Both the position numbers and the translations under genes were made by a program. Below, in pieces: positions 30,267 through 39,924 of a stretch of DNA of 64,000 bases (its first letter is position 1; each line of letters starts with the position of its first letter). The notes below the pieces were generated by a model. That model ran no database searches, had not been told where the DNA came from, and saw nothing but the letters and a program-made list of their open reading frames with translations. The stretch covers positions 1,261 to 65,260 of the forward strand of contig PKUO01000042.1 of NCBI GenBank assembly GCA_002869585.1, in the 5' to 3' direction. This DNA comes from Sedimenticola sp. Lineage in GTDB: Bacteria; Pseudomonadota; Gammaproteobacteria; Chromatiales; Chromatiaceae.

Positions 30267-32948
30267 ATGGGCCCCCATCATCTAGATCCGCTTTTTTCAC
30301 CGAAAACCATCGCAGTTTTCGGCGCCGGCGAAAAAACCGAGAGCGTTGGCTACAGAGTATTCCGGAATCTCATTCAGGCAAAGTTCAAGGGTGAACTCTT
30401 CCCCATCAATCCGGAGTATGAAAAGGTTCAGGATCACAAGTGCTATGCGAAAATTGCCGACATCGACAGCAATATCGACCTGGCGGTAATCGCCACCCCG
30501 GCGAAAACCGTGGTCGGCATCATCCGCCAGTGTGGTGAGAAGGGGGTCAAGGCGGCTGTGGTGCTGACCGCAGGATTCCGCGAAATCGGACCGGCCGGAG
30601 CAAGGCTCGAACAGTCCCTCATGGAAACCGCCCAGCACTACAACATCCGCATCGTCGGCCCCAACTGCCTCGGCATCATGCGCCCCAGCGTCGGGCTCGA
30701 TGCCACCTTTCTCGATACCCCGGCACCCAGCGGCGGGCTGGCGCTGGTCTCCCAGTCCGGCGCGCTCTGCACCGCTATTCTGGATTGGGCGAAACCCCAC
30801 CAGCTGGGCTTCTCCACCGTGGTGTCGCTGGGCAATGCCACCGACATCGATTTCGGCGATGTGCTCGACTATCTGGCATCCGACTACAAAACCTCGGCCA
30901 TCCTGCTCTACATCGAAGGCATACACGACTCACGTGCCTTCATGAGCGGCCTGAGAACCGCCGCCCGCTCGAAACCTGTGATCGTCCTCAAGGTGGGCCG
31001 ACACGCCAAGGGCTCGCTGGCCGCCAGCACCCATACCGGCGCGATGATCGGTTCTGACGATGTCTTCGATGCGGCACTGGAACGGGCCGGCGTGGTGCGC
31101 GCGATGACCTTCGGACAGTTATTTGCCGCCGCGGAGATCCTCTCCAGCGGCAAAAAGGTGAAGGGCAACCGTCTGGCTATCGTCACCAATGGCGGCGGTC
31201 CTGGCGTGCTGGCCACCGACCGCGCTGAAGATCTGGGGGTAAGCATCGCCGAGCTGAGCCCTGACACCATCAAAATCCTGGATCAGACCCTGCCGCCCAA
31301 CTGGTCGCGCAACAATCCGATCGACATACTCGGCGACACCCCCCCGGAAAAGTACGGCGATGCGGTGCTAGCCTGCCTGAAAGATGCCAATGTCGACGGC
31401 GTGCTCACCCTGCTCACCCCCCAGGCCATGACCCACCCTCTGGAGGCGGCTCAGGCGGTAATCGAGGTGATGAAAAAGACCAAGGAGAAACCGGTGCTGG
31501 CCTGCTGGATGGGCGAGACCCGGGTCAGAGAGGCGCGTGAGCTGCTGTCCGCCAGTCATATCCCGAGCTTCATCACCCCGGAACGTGCCGTCGAGGCCTT
31601 CGCCTACCTGTCGCGCTACTCCCGCAACCAGCAGTTGCTGCAACAGACCCCCGGCCCCCTGACCGACCCGCGTGAGCCTGACATCCAAGGGGTGCGCATG
31701 ATCATCGAATCGGCACTCGCCGAAGGCCGGAACATGCTCTCCGACATGGAGTCGAAGGCGGTCCTCAGCGCCTTCCATATCCCCTGCACCAGAACCCTCG
31801 AGGCCAGAAGCCCCACCGAGGCACTGGTTGCCGCCGAGACCCTGGGATTTCCAATCGCCATGAAAATCAGCTCGCCGGACATCAGCCATAAGACCGATGT
31901 CGCCGGCGTGCGCATCAATATCAACAATGCGCCGGATGTGCGTTCGGCCTACAAATCCTTGGTTGAAGACGTGGCAAAACGCTGTCCCGGAGCGGATATC
32001 CGCGGCGTCACCATCGAACCGATGGCGAACAACGCCAACGCCCGCGAACTGATGGTCGGGGTGAAGCGCGACCCGATTTTCGGGCCGGTGATCGCCTTCG
32101 GCGCGGGTGGCACCACCGTCGAGATTCTGCGCGACAGCGCCGTGGCGCTGCCCCCGTTGAACCGGCTGTTGGCACAGCGGCTGATCAGTCGCACCCGCGT
32201 CGCCAAGCTCTTGGAGCCCTTCCGGCAGATGCCGGCGGTGGATAAGGAGTCGGTGGAAAGAGTGCTGCTGCGCATCTCGGAGATGGTGTGCGAACTGCCG
32301 CATATCAACGAACTGGATATCAATCCGCTGTTCGTCGACGACAAAGGTGTTATTGCCGCGGATGTGCGGATCAAGATCGACCGGCCGCCCACCCGGCCCG
32401 AGCCCTATGCCCACATGGCGATCCACCCCTATCCGAGCCATCTGGTCAGCCACCATCATCTGCCAGACGGCACGCATCTGACGATTCGTCCGATACGCCC
32501 GGAAGATGCCGATATCGAACAGGAGTTTGTACGCAATCTTTCACCTGAGGCGAAGTATTTCCGCTTCATGCAGACCCTTGATGAACTGACCCCGGAGATG
32601 CTGGTCCGCTTCACCCAACCGGATTACGACCGGGAAACCGCACTGATTGCGGTAATCACCGAGAACGGCAAACGCACCCAACTCGGCGTGGCCCGCTACA
32701 CGGTCAACCCGGATGGCAAGTCCTGTGAATTCGCCCTGGCGGTATCGGACAAGCGCAGGAACCAGGGAATAGGCTCACGCCTGATGGAGGCGCTAATGGA
32801 GGCGGCACGGAACCGGGGCATCCGGGTTATTGAAGGTGAGGTGCTGGCCGATAACCACTCCATGCTGTCGCTGATGAGACGCCTCGGCTTTGCGGTAAGA
32901 AATTCAGCGGATGATCCGGGAATCCGGGCAGTAGAACGCTGGTTGTAA
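30267..32948 (+). CDS. Pat/PatZ-type protein lysine acetyltransferase (ADP-forming acyl-CoA synthetase-like domains + C-terminal GNAT)
   Basis: 893 aa. N-terminal CoA-binding fold (KTIAVFGAGEK), an ATP-grasp middle section and a C-terminal GNAT (RRNQGIGSRLMEAL). Confidence 0.88.
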   Translation: MGPHHLDPLFSPKTIAVFGAGEKTESVGYRVFRNLIQAKFKGELFPINPEYEKVQDHKCYAKIADIDSNIDLAVIATPAKTVVGIIRQCGEKGVKAAVVLTAGFREIGPAGARLEQSLMETAQHYNIRIVGPNCLGIMRPSVGLDATFLDTPAPSGGLALVSQSGALCTAILDWAKPHQLGFSTVVSLGNATDIDFGDVLDYLASDYKTSAILLYIEGIHDSRAFMSGLRTAARSKPVIVLKVGRHAKGSLAASTHTGAMIGSDDVFDAALERAGVVRAMTFGQLFAAAEILSSGKKVKGNRLAIVTNGGGPGVLATDRAEDLGVSIAELSPDTIKILDQTLPPNWSRNNPIDILGDTPPEKYGDAVLACLKDANVDGVLTLLTPQAMTHPLEAAQAVIEVMKKTKEKPVLACWMGETRVREARELLSASHIPSFITPERAVEAFAYLSRYSRNQQLLQQTPGPLTDPREPDIQGVRMIIESALAEGRNMLSDMESKAVLSAFHIPCTRTLEARSPTEALVAAETLGFPIAMKISSPDISHKTDVAGVRININNAPDVRSAYKSLVEDVAKRCPGADIRGVTIEPMANNANARELMVGVKRDPIFGPVIAFGAGGTTVEILRDSAVALPPLNRLLAQRLISRTRVAKLLEPFRQMPAVDKESVERVLLRISEMVCELPHINELDINPLFVDDKGVIAADVRIKIDRPPTRPEPYAHMAIHPYPSHLVSHHHLPDGTHLTIRPIRPEDADIEQEFVRNLSPEAKYFRFMQTLDELTPEMLVRFTQPDYDRETALIAVITENGKRTQLGVARYTVNPDGKSCEFALAVSDKRRNQGIGSRLMEALMEAARNRGIRVIEGEVLADNHSMLSLMRRLGFAVRNSADDPGIRAVERWL

Positions 32949-33015
32949 CCGCACAGCCCCAGACGGCAAAAGGGCACCCGAGGGTGCCCTTTTGTTCAGG
33001 TTAGTGCTGATGGGG

Positions 33016-33912
33016 TCAGGCGGTAATTTCGTGTTTCTGTATACGATAGAGCAGCGTATCGCGACTGATGCCCAGCAGGCGCGCCGCGCGACTGCGATTG
33101 CCGCCGGTCATCTCCAGCGCCTGACGAATCACATCGCTCTCCAGTTCCGTCAGGTTGATGCCGCCTTTGGGCAGCACAAAACCGACACGCTTGGTCTGTT
33201 CGTAACCCCGGCAGATCTCGATGGGCAGATTCTCCGGCTGGACATTCTGGCCTGCCATCAGCACGACCATGCGTTCGCAGAAATTGCGCAGTTCACGCAG
33301 ATTGCCTGGCCATTGATAGCGTTTCAGCAGATTTTTGGCGGTGACCGAATAGACCGGCGCCTTGCGTCCGTGTTTGCGCGCCAACTCGCAGGTGAAGTGC
33401 TTCAGAAACAGCGCGATGTCGTCGGCGCGATCGCGCAACGACGGCACCTACAGCGGCACCACATAGAGACGGTAATAGAGGTCCTGACGGAATTCGCCGG
33501 CCTGGACCATGGCGTGCAGGTCATTACTGGTGGCTGCGATAATTCGCACATCCGCTTGTGAATGCCGGCCCGCCTCCTGCTGCTCCAGGAAAGCCATCAG
33601 CTGTCCCTGGGCCTCCTGCGACAGATCCGCCACCTCGTCCAGATAGAGGGTTCCCCCTTCCAGCCCCTGCCCGCCGACAGAAAGCCACTGCTGCAACTGA
33701 TGCTCGGCGCCCGCCGAGCAGGCCAGCATTGAGAACTGCTTTTCGCGCCGGTAACTGATGCGGTGAATCTCCCCCGCCAGGGCAGTCTTGCCGGTCCCTT
33801 TTTCACCGAGCAACAGGACGGTCGTATCGGTGACAGCAACCATTCTGACGGCATTGATCACCCGCATGAATTCTGCAGACTTGCCTATCAACTGTTGAGT
33901 ATTTTCATTCAT
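33016..33912 (-). pseudogene. sigma54-activator-type AAA+ / Fis-HTH regulator lacking receiver domain, interrupted by in-frame TAG at 33448-33450
   Basis: Same-frame ORFs abut at the TAG (YYRLYVVPL*VPSLRDRADDI). Walker A GEKGTGKT, WPGNLRELRN and a C-terminal HTH (RSRAARLLGISRDTLLYRI). No GAFTGA loop. Confidence 0.8.
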
Positions 33913-33949
33913 AGCGATAACCAGATTTACAAATCCATTCCCGGCTGTA

Positions 33950-34720
33950 TTACACACTGACTTCCAGCAACTCAGGAAACCACAGGGTCAAAAGACCAAA
34001 TAATATTATAGTAACCCCTACCGCCTCTTTGAGGTAAGGTTTTCGGGACAACTGATACAACCTTCCCGCCAGCAAACCGGTAGCCATCACGGAGGGCAGC
34101 GTCCCCAGCCCGAAGGCGGCCATGTACAGAGCGCCACTCACAGGGCCGGTTTTCGATGCCGTGGAAATCAGCATAGTATATACCAGCCCACAGGGCAACC
34201 AGCCCCAGAGCGCACCGTAAATCAATGCCTTTGGCATGCTCTTCACCGGCATCAGGCTGCGGCCAACAGGCTCCAGACGCCGCCACAAGGGCACGCCCAG
34301 ACGCTCAATCGAGGCCAGCCTCGGCAGCCAGCCGGCGACATGCAGGCCGATAAATACCATAAACAGGGCTGCCAGCCACTGCAGCCAGCGGTGCCCCTGA
34401 CCCTCGCCCAGCAATTCGAGCAGCTGCCCGCCAAGGGCGCCTAACAACCCGCCGGCAATGGCGTAGCTCACTATCCGTCCGAGATTGTAACTGACCAGAT
34501 AGAGCAGGTAGCGGGGGGTATCCTTGCGCAGTTCCGCCGGCAATCCATAGCTTAGCGCTCCCATGATGCCACCACACATTCCGATGCAGTGCACCGAGCT
34601 GAACAGACCTACAGTGAAAGCCAAAGGATAGGACAGATCCACTACTACACCCGATTGGAAATTAAGGGGGGCATCATACCCTGTCCCGCCGCCTGACACA
34701 CCGCGTGTCTCAGAGCGCAC
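33950..34720 (-). CDS. TauE/SafE- or DsbD_2-like polytopic membrane protein (HCxxMCGG motif)
   Basis: Multiple TM helices, plus the motif SSVHCIGMCGGIMGA seen in COG2836-type proteins. The exact start is uncertain. Confidence 0.5.
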   Translation of the reverse strand: MRSETRGVSGGGTGYDAPLNFQSGVVVDLSYPLAFTVGLFSSVHCIGMCGGIMGALSYGLPAELRKDTPRYLLYLVSYNLGRIVSYAIAGGLLGALGGQLLELLGEGQGHRWLQWLAALFMVFIGLHVAGWLPRLASIERLGVPLWRRLEPVGRSLMPVKSMPKALIYGALWGWLPCGLVYTMLISTASKTGPVSGALYMAAFGLGTLPSVMATGLLAGRLYQLSRKPYLKEAVGVTIILFGLLTLWFPELLEVSV

Positions 34721-34835
34721 CCTCTCTTTCGCTGACAGTTTGTCAATAAATTATCGCAAAAGAAGGATCTGCACATTGATCGAACTCAAGTGGATATAAT
34801 GGTCATTCCAACAAGGTCAACCCCACAGGTGAGAT

Positions 34836-35573
34836 ATGTCCGAATCGGATCAGTTGTTCAGCGCGGCGAGGCAACTCCTCTCCGGATCGTTCAGCGGCAT
34901 CCTCTCCACGCACAGCCTGGAAATGCCCGGTTATCCGTTCGGGTCGCTGCTGCCTTACTCCCTGGGGCCGGATGGCTGGCCGGTGCTGCTGATGAGCCAC
35001 CTCTCGAAACACACGAGGAATGTCGAAGCCGTCCCGCAATGCAGCCTGACTCTGGTTGAAAAGGGCGGCGGCGATATCCAGACCCTGATGCGACTCACCT
35101 GTCTTGGTGACCTGCGGGCGGCTGAGGTAATCGATCCGGCAGCGACAGAGCGCCATTTCAGATACTTTCCCGACAGCCGGGACTACTACCAGCAGTTGAA
35201 CTTCCGCTTCTACCAATTCCAACCCCAGCGGTTCTACTGTGTGGGAGGCTTTGGTGCGGCACGCTGGATGGGTGCCGACCGCCTGACGTACATAACACCC
35301 TTCAGACCCGACCAGGAACTGCTGCTGATCCGGGAAATGCACACACGCCACAACGACCCGCTCAGAGAGTACCTGAACCGGCAAAGCCAGATCCCGGCGC
35401 TGACTGAGACCATTGAAATAGCAGGCATCGACGGACTGGGCCTGGATATTCGGCTGTCCCGGGAACTGCTCCGGATCCCTTTCATCCGCCCCGTTACCAA
35501 AGCCGCGCAACTGGATCGGACCCTGGTCGAAACACTGGAAACAACCTCAACCAATCGGCAGAGTCCAGGATAA
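34836..35573 (+). CDS. PNPOx-like FMN-binding split-barrel / DUF2470 protein (HugZ-like)
   Basis: N-terminal GILSTHSLEMPGYPFGSLLPY pattern of the pyridoxamine-phosphate-oxidase-related fold. 245 aa. Confidence 0.5.
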   Translation: MSESDQLFSAARQLLSGSFSGILSTHSLEMPGYPFGSLLPYSLGPDGWPVLLMSHLSKHTRNVEAVPQCSLTLVEKGGGDIQTLMRLTCLGDLRAAEVIDPAATERHFRYFPDSRDYYQQLNFRFYQFQPQRFYCVGGFGAARWMGADRLTYITPFRPDQELLLIREMHTRHNDPLREYLNRQSQIPALTETIEIAGIDGLGLDIRLSRELLRIPFIRPVTKAAQLDRTLVETLETTSTNRQSPG

Positions 35574-35672
35574 CCTCTTATAATACAGGGTAGAAATACC
35601 TTGTAGTTATGATTAGAATCGCTCTAAAATTAACACAGTATTTTACTAAAGAATTATTTTGGAGTAACAAAC

Positions 35673-35972
35673 ATGAGTGTTGAATTACCTGCACGCGATG
35701 GTGATGGCTATCTCACCGACATGAATGCCTGGACCCCGGAAATCGCCAGGGCCATGGCCGAGGCCGACGGTTTTGATCTGAACGATGAAAAATGGACCCA
35801 GATCGTTCAGGCCCGTGAGTATTATGAAGAGCACTCCGTTGTACCGCCGATCCGTAAATTCGCCAAATACATCCAGGCCGACCAGAAAGAGATGTTCAAG
35901 CTCTGGCTGACCGGCCCGATGAAACCGATCACCAAATACGGCGGCCTGCCCAAGCCCACCGGCTGCGTCTGA
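35673..35972 (+). CDS. TusE/DsrC-family sulfur-relay protein (single C-terminal Cys)
   Basis: GYL.D...W and a C-terminal GGLPKPTGCV. The second Cys, 10-11 residues upstream in bona fide DsrC, is absent. Confidence 0.85.
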   Translation: MSVELPARDGDGYLTDMNAWTPEIARAMAEADGFDLNDEKWTQIVQAREYYEEHSVVPPIRKFAKYIQADQKEMFKLWLTGPMKPITKYGGLPKPTGCV

Positions 35973-36104
35973 TCAATCCTTGCGGGGGCGGCGTTCTATG
36001 CCGCTCCTGCAAACCATCCCCGTTGCCACCCCAATTGCCAGCCCAGTGCCATTCAGTGACCAAGGCTGGTAAAGTCCGGTTATTGCGTTCTCCGGACAGG
36101 CACG

Positions 36105-37646
36105 ATGAAAGAACAACACGACCTCGAACTGCTGCTCACCTCCCACACCCCGATTATCGTCATCGAGTCGATCGAAGAGATCAGAGCGGTGCAGCTGTTT
36201 GCGCGCCTCGGTCTCAAGCTCTCCAATCCGATCTTTCAGTGGGCCGTCACCGAGGGCCTTAAACGGCTGGAGATCGATTTTGGCGCCCAGGGATTTACCG
36301 CCGACCCGACCGAGGCGCTGAAGCACATCAAGGCGCTCTCCAAGCCCGGCTACTTCCTGCTGCTCGACTTTCACCCCTTCATCAATGACCCGGTGCATGT
36401 GCGACTGATCAAAGAGATCGCCCAGGAGTTCGAGACCATCCCCAGAACGCTGATCTTTCTCAGTTATTCATTCGACATACCCAGGGAAATCCGCCACCTG
36501 ACCGCCCGGTTCAACCTGCACCTGCCGGATAGCGCCGGGGTCAAGATGCTGATTCGTGACGAGGTCAACCGCTGGCAACAGAAGACGCGGAGAAAGGCCA
36601 CGGCCGATGGCGAAGCGCTGGAACATCTGGCCCGCCAGCTGACCGGCGTCACCGCTACGGATGCCAAGCGCCTGATCCGCTAGGCGATCGAGGATGATGG
36701 CGCGATCACACACGAGGATCTGCCCAGCGTGATGAAGGCCAAGTACGAACTGATTGGCCAGGACGGGGTGATCTCCTTCGAATACGATACCGCCAATTTC
36801 GGCGAGGTCGCCGGTCTCAGCCGGCTCAAGGAGTGGCTGAGCCACAGACACAAGGCCTTCACCGGCAAAGGAAGCAGCCTCGACCGCCCCAAGGGCATCC
36901 TGTTGCTAGGCGTGCAGGGCGGCGGCAAGAGCCTGGCGGCCAAGGCCGTGGCCGGTACATTCGGTGTGCCGCTGCTGCGGCTGGATTTCGGCGCCCTCTA
37001 TAACAAGTACTATGGCGAGACCGAGAAAAACCTGCGCCATGCCCTGGAGATCGCCGAGCTGATGGCCCCCTGCGTGGTGTGGATGGACGAGATCGAGAAG
37101 GGTATCGCCCACAGCGGCAACGACGAGGGGCTGTCGCAGCGGGTGCTCGGCACCCTGCTCACCTGGATGCAGGAGAACAGCGCCCATGTGTTCATCGTCG
37201 CCACCTCCAATGACATCGAGCGCCTGCCGCCGGAGTTGATGCGCAAGGGCCGCCTCGACGAGATCTTTTTCGTCGACCTGCCCAACGCCGAGGTGCGTGG
37301 GGAGATATTCGAAATACACCTGCGGCGACGCAATCTGGCGCCCAGCGGCTTTGACCTTGCCGCCCTGAGCGAGGCCAGCGAAGGTTTCACCGGCGCTGAA
37401 ATCGAGCAGGCGGTGGTTTCGTCGCTGTATGCGGCACATGCCCAGAACACCACCCTTGATGATCAACACCTGCTTGAGGAGCTGGCACGCACCCGGCCGC
37501 TGTCGGTAGTGATGGCGGAGAAGGTAAATTACCTGCGTGATTGGGCACGTCATCGCACCGTGGCCTCCGACTTATACGCCCAGGCTACATTATGGTTATT
37601 CCCCTTGTCTTCCCAGGTAATCATCCCCATCTCTATTAGTATCTGA
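36105..37646 (+). pseudogene. Ycf46-like AAA ATPase interrupted by in-frame TAG at 36681-36683
   Basis: ORFs 36105..36683 and 36729..37646 share a frame, with no other stop between them (..AKRLIR*AIEDDGAITHEDLPSVMKAKYELIG..). Walker A GVQGGGKS and Walker B VVWMDEIEK. Summed ~513 codons equal the normal family length. Confidence 0.8.
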
Positions 37647-37669
37647 AATATCAAGAGATTCCCAAAGCT

Positions 37670-38608
37670 ATGCAGTACAAGGACTATTACAAAATCCTTG
37701 GTGTGAAACGGGATGCCAGTGCCGAGGAGATCAAACGCGCCTACCGCAGGCTGGCGCATAAATACCACCCGGACGTCAGCAAGGAGGCCAATGCGGAAGC
37801 ACGCTTCAAGGAGATCAATGAGGCGGGCGAGGTGCTGCGCGACCAGGAGAAACGCGCCGCCTACGACCAGCTCGGCGCCAACTGGCGTGCCGGTCAGGAT
37901 TTCAGGCCTCCACCTGGTGCCCAGGGATCTGGCAGCCGCTTCAGCCATGATTTCGAAGGCGCCAATCTGGGTGGCTTCAGCGACTTTTTCGAATCCCTGT
38001 TCGGGCATGAGTTCCGTGCCGGCGGCGCACAGGGGTTTCAGTCGCCGGGCAGCGACCAGAGCGCGAAACTGATCATCAGCCTCGAGGACGCCTATCATGG
38101 TGCCAGCCGCACCATCCAACTGGACATTCCCGAACCGGACCATCATGGCGGCGTGGTCAACAAGCGGCGTCAGCTCAAGGTCCGCATTCCTGCCGGGATC
38201 AGCGAGGGTCAGAAGATCCGTCTGGCCGGCCAGTGGCTGCCGGGATTAGGTAGCGGCCCCAAGGGCGATCTCTATCTCGAAATCGAATTCATGCCCCACC
38301 CCTTCTACCAGGCGCAGGGGAAAGATATCTACATCGATCTACCCATCTCCCCCTGGGAGGCAGCGCTGGGCGGGAGCGTATCCGCGCCTACCCTTGCGGG
38401 TCCGGTCAGCCTGAAAGTGCCTCCAGGCACGCAATCCGGTAAAAAGATGCGACTCAAGGGGCGCGGACTGCCTGGCAAGCCTGCGGGGGATCAGTATGTG
38501 ATCTTCCAGATCCGGATTCCCCAGGCGTCGAATCCGCGCATCGAGGCGATCTACAAACAGCTGCAACAGGAGAGTCCGTTCAATCCCCGCGCCGAGCTGG
38601 GGGTGTGA
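37670..38608 (+). CDS. cbpA: curved-DNA-binding DnaJ-class protein
   Basis: J domain (DYYKILGV..HKYHPD) without a Zn-finger region, plus DnaJ C-terminal domains. 312 aa. Confidence 0.85.
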   Translation: MQYKDYYKILGVKRDASAEEIKRAYRRLAHKYHPDVSKEANAEARFKEINEAGEVLRDQEKRAAYDQLGANWRAGQDFRPPPGAQGSGSRFSHDFEGANLGGFSDFFESLFGHEFRAGGAQGFQSPGSDQSAKLIISLEDAYHGASRTIQLDIPEPDHHGGVVNKRRQLKVRIPAGISEGQKIRLAGQWLPGLGSGPKGDLYLEIEFMPHPFYQAQGKDIYIDLPISPWEAALGGSVSAPTLAGPVSLKVPPGTQSGKKMRLKGRGLPGKPAGDQYVIFQIRIPQASNPRIEAIYKQLQQESPFNPRAELGV

Positions 38609-38692
38609 TTCAACGACAACAGGAATTCGCCATCCCGGACACCTTCGGCTACTATTAGCGCCCATTTTTAGTTGTCAGTGTTAGGTGCCGGG

Positions 38693-39880
38693 ATGAACGA
38701 TCACAATTTGCTAGGGCAGCTGAGCAGCCTGCATGAAATGATGACCCAGCTGGTTCAGGGTCAGGCGGAGGCAGACTGCTACCGCAGCTACCACCCGGAG
38801 CTTGCGCCCCTGGCCTGGTACTTTGGCTATGCCATGTACCGCGAGACCCTTTGGGTCCGGGAGCTGATTCAGGGCGACCGGGATATGACCGAGCGGGTCC
38901 GGGATATCTTCCACGTGGAAGACCCGGGCCCTGAGCAGTGGCGGCAACTTCCCCCCAAGGATCACCTCCTGAACTGGGCGCTGGAACTGCAGGATGAGAA
39001 TCTGATGCGCCTGGCCAATCCCGGCGTCCTGCCCGACCACCCCCTGCTCCAGGAGCAGCGGCTGTTACCCATCATTCTCCAGGAGCAGGCCAAGATCTAT
39101 GAGCAGATGCTGGTCGTGGTCAACCAGCGCCAACTGCAACTGCCACACAACTACACGGTGAGTGAACCCCTGATCGCCACCCTGCCTGGCGCAGACTGCG
39201 TCAGCGTATCCCAGGGTCATTACCGGGTCGGGGCAAAGGGCGATCCGGCCGCTTTCGACAACGAACTGCCAACCCAGATCGTCGATCTCAGCAGTTTCCG
39301 TATCGATCGTCGCCCGACCAGTAATGCCCAATATCTGGCCTTTATGGAATCCGGGGGATATGCAAACCAGGCACTCTGGAACGAGGCGGGCTGGCAGTGG
39401 CTGCAGGGCACGGCCAAGCATCCCCACTACTGGCGTCAAGGTGGCGGCGGTAATTGGTATGCGATTGGATTAAACGGCCCTTTCGAGCTGAGCGCCGATG
39501 ACCCGGTGACGGGGGTCTCCCATTACGAGGCGATGGCCTACGCCAACTGGGTCAATAGTCTCGGCGGGGAACTGCAAGGGGCCGTACTGCAGCACGAATA
39601 TCAATGGGAGGCGGCGGTGCGCACACAGGTGATCCGGGAGTTCGGCCGCGTCTGGGAGTGGTGCTCAAACCCGTTCAAGCCCTACACCGGCTACATCCAC
39701 TCACCCTACAAGCAGGAGCGTACCCTGGATTTCAGCGACCAGCGCTTTTGCCTGCGCGGTGCCAGCCTGCATACCCAGCCCAGCCTGCGTCGACTGAGTC
39801 TGCGCAACCGCGCTGCGGCAGCGCAAAACTATCTGTTCACCGGCATCCGGCTGGTCTATCCACCGATCGAGGATGCCTGA
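38693..39880 (+). CDS. EgtB/SUMF1-family non-haem iron enzyme (DinB-like N-domain + FGE-sulfatase domain)
   Basis: The C-terminal half has FGE/EgtB-type motifs (VSHYEAMAYANW, WEWCSNPF, RGASLHT). The N-terminal part is a helical DinB-like region. Confidence 0.65.
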   Translation: MNDHNLLGQLSSLHEMMTQLVQGQAEADCYRSYHPELAPLAWYFGYAMYRETLWVRELIQGDRDMTERVRDIFHVEDPGPEQWRQLPPKDHLLNWALELQDENLMRLANPGVLPDHPLLQEQRLLPIILQEQAKIYEQMLVVVNQRQLQLPHNYTVSEPLIATLPGADCVSVSQGHYRVGAKGDPAAFDNELPTQIVDLSSFRIDRRPTSNAQYLAFMESGGYANQALWNEAGWQWLQGTAKHPHYWRQGGGGNWYAIGLNGPFELSADDPVTGVSHYEAMAYANWVNSLGGELQGAVLQHEYQWEAAVRTQVIREFGRVWEWCSNPFKPYTGYIHSPYKQERTLDFSDQRFCLRGASLHTQPSLRRLSLRNRAAAAQNYLFTGIRLVYPPIEDA

Positions 39881-39924
39881 GGGCAAACGCAGGACCGGCG
39901 CCCAGGCCGGTCCCGCTTGCACAT

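Noticed and set aside
1186-36683. Genome-wide reassignment of TAG to a sense codon (or pyrrolysine)
   Set aside because: TAG terminates gltA, nadC, the histidine kinase and cbbO itself at the expected C-termini. None of the interrupted genes belongs to a Pyl-using family, and no pyl genes are in the window.
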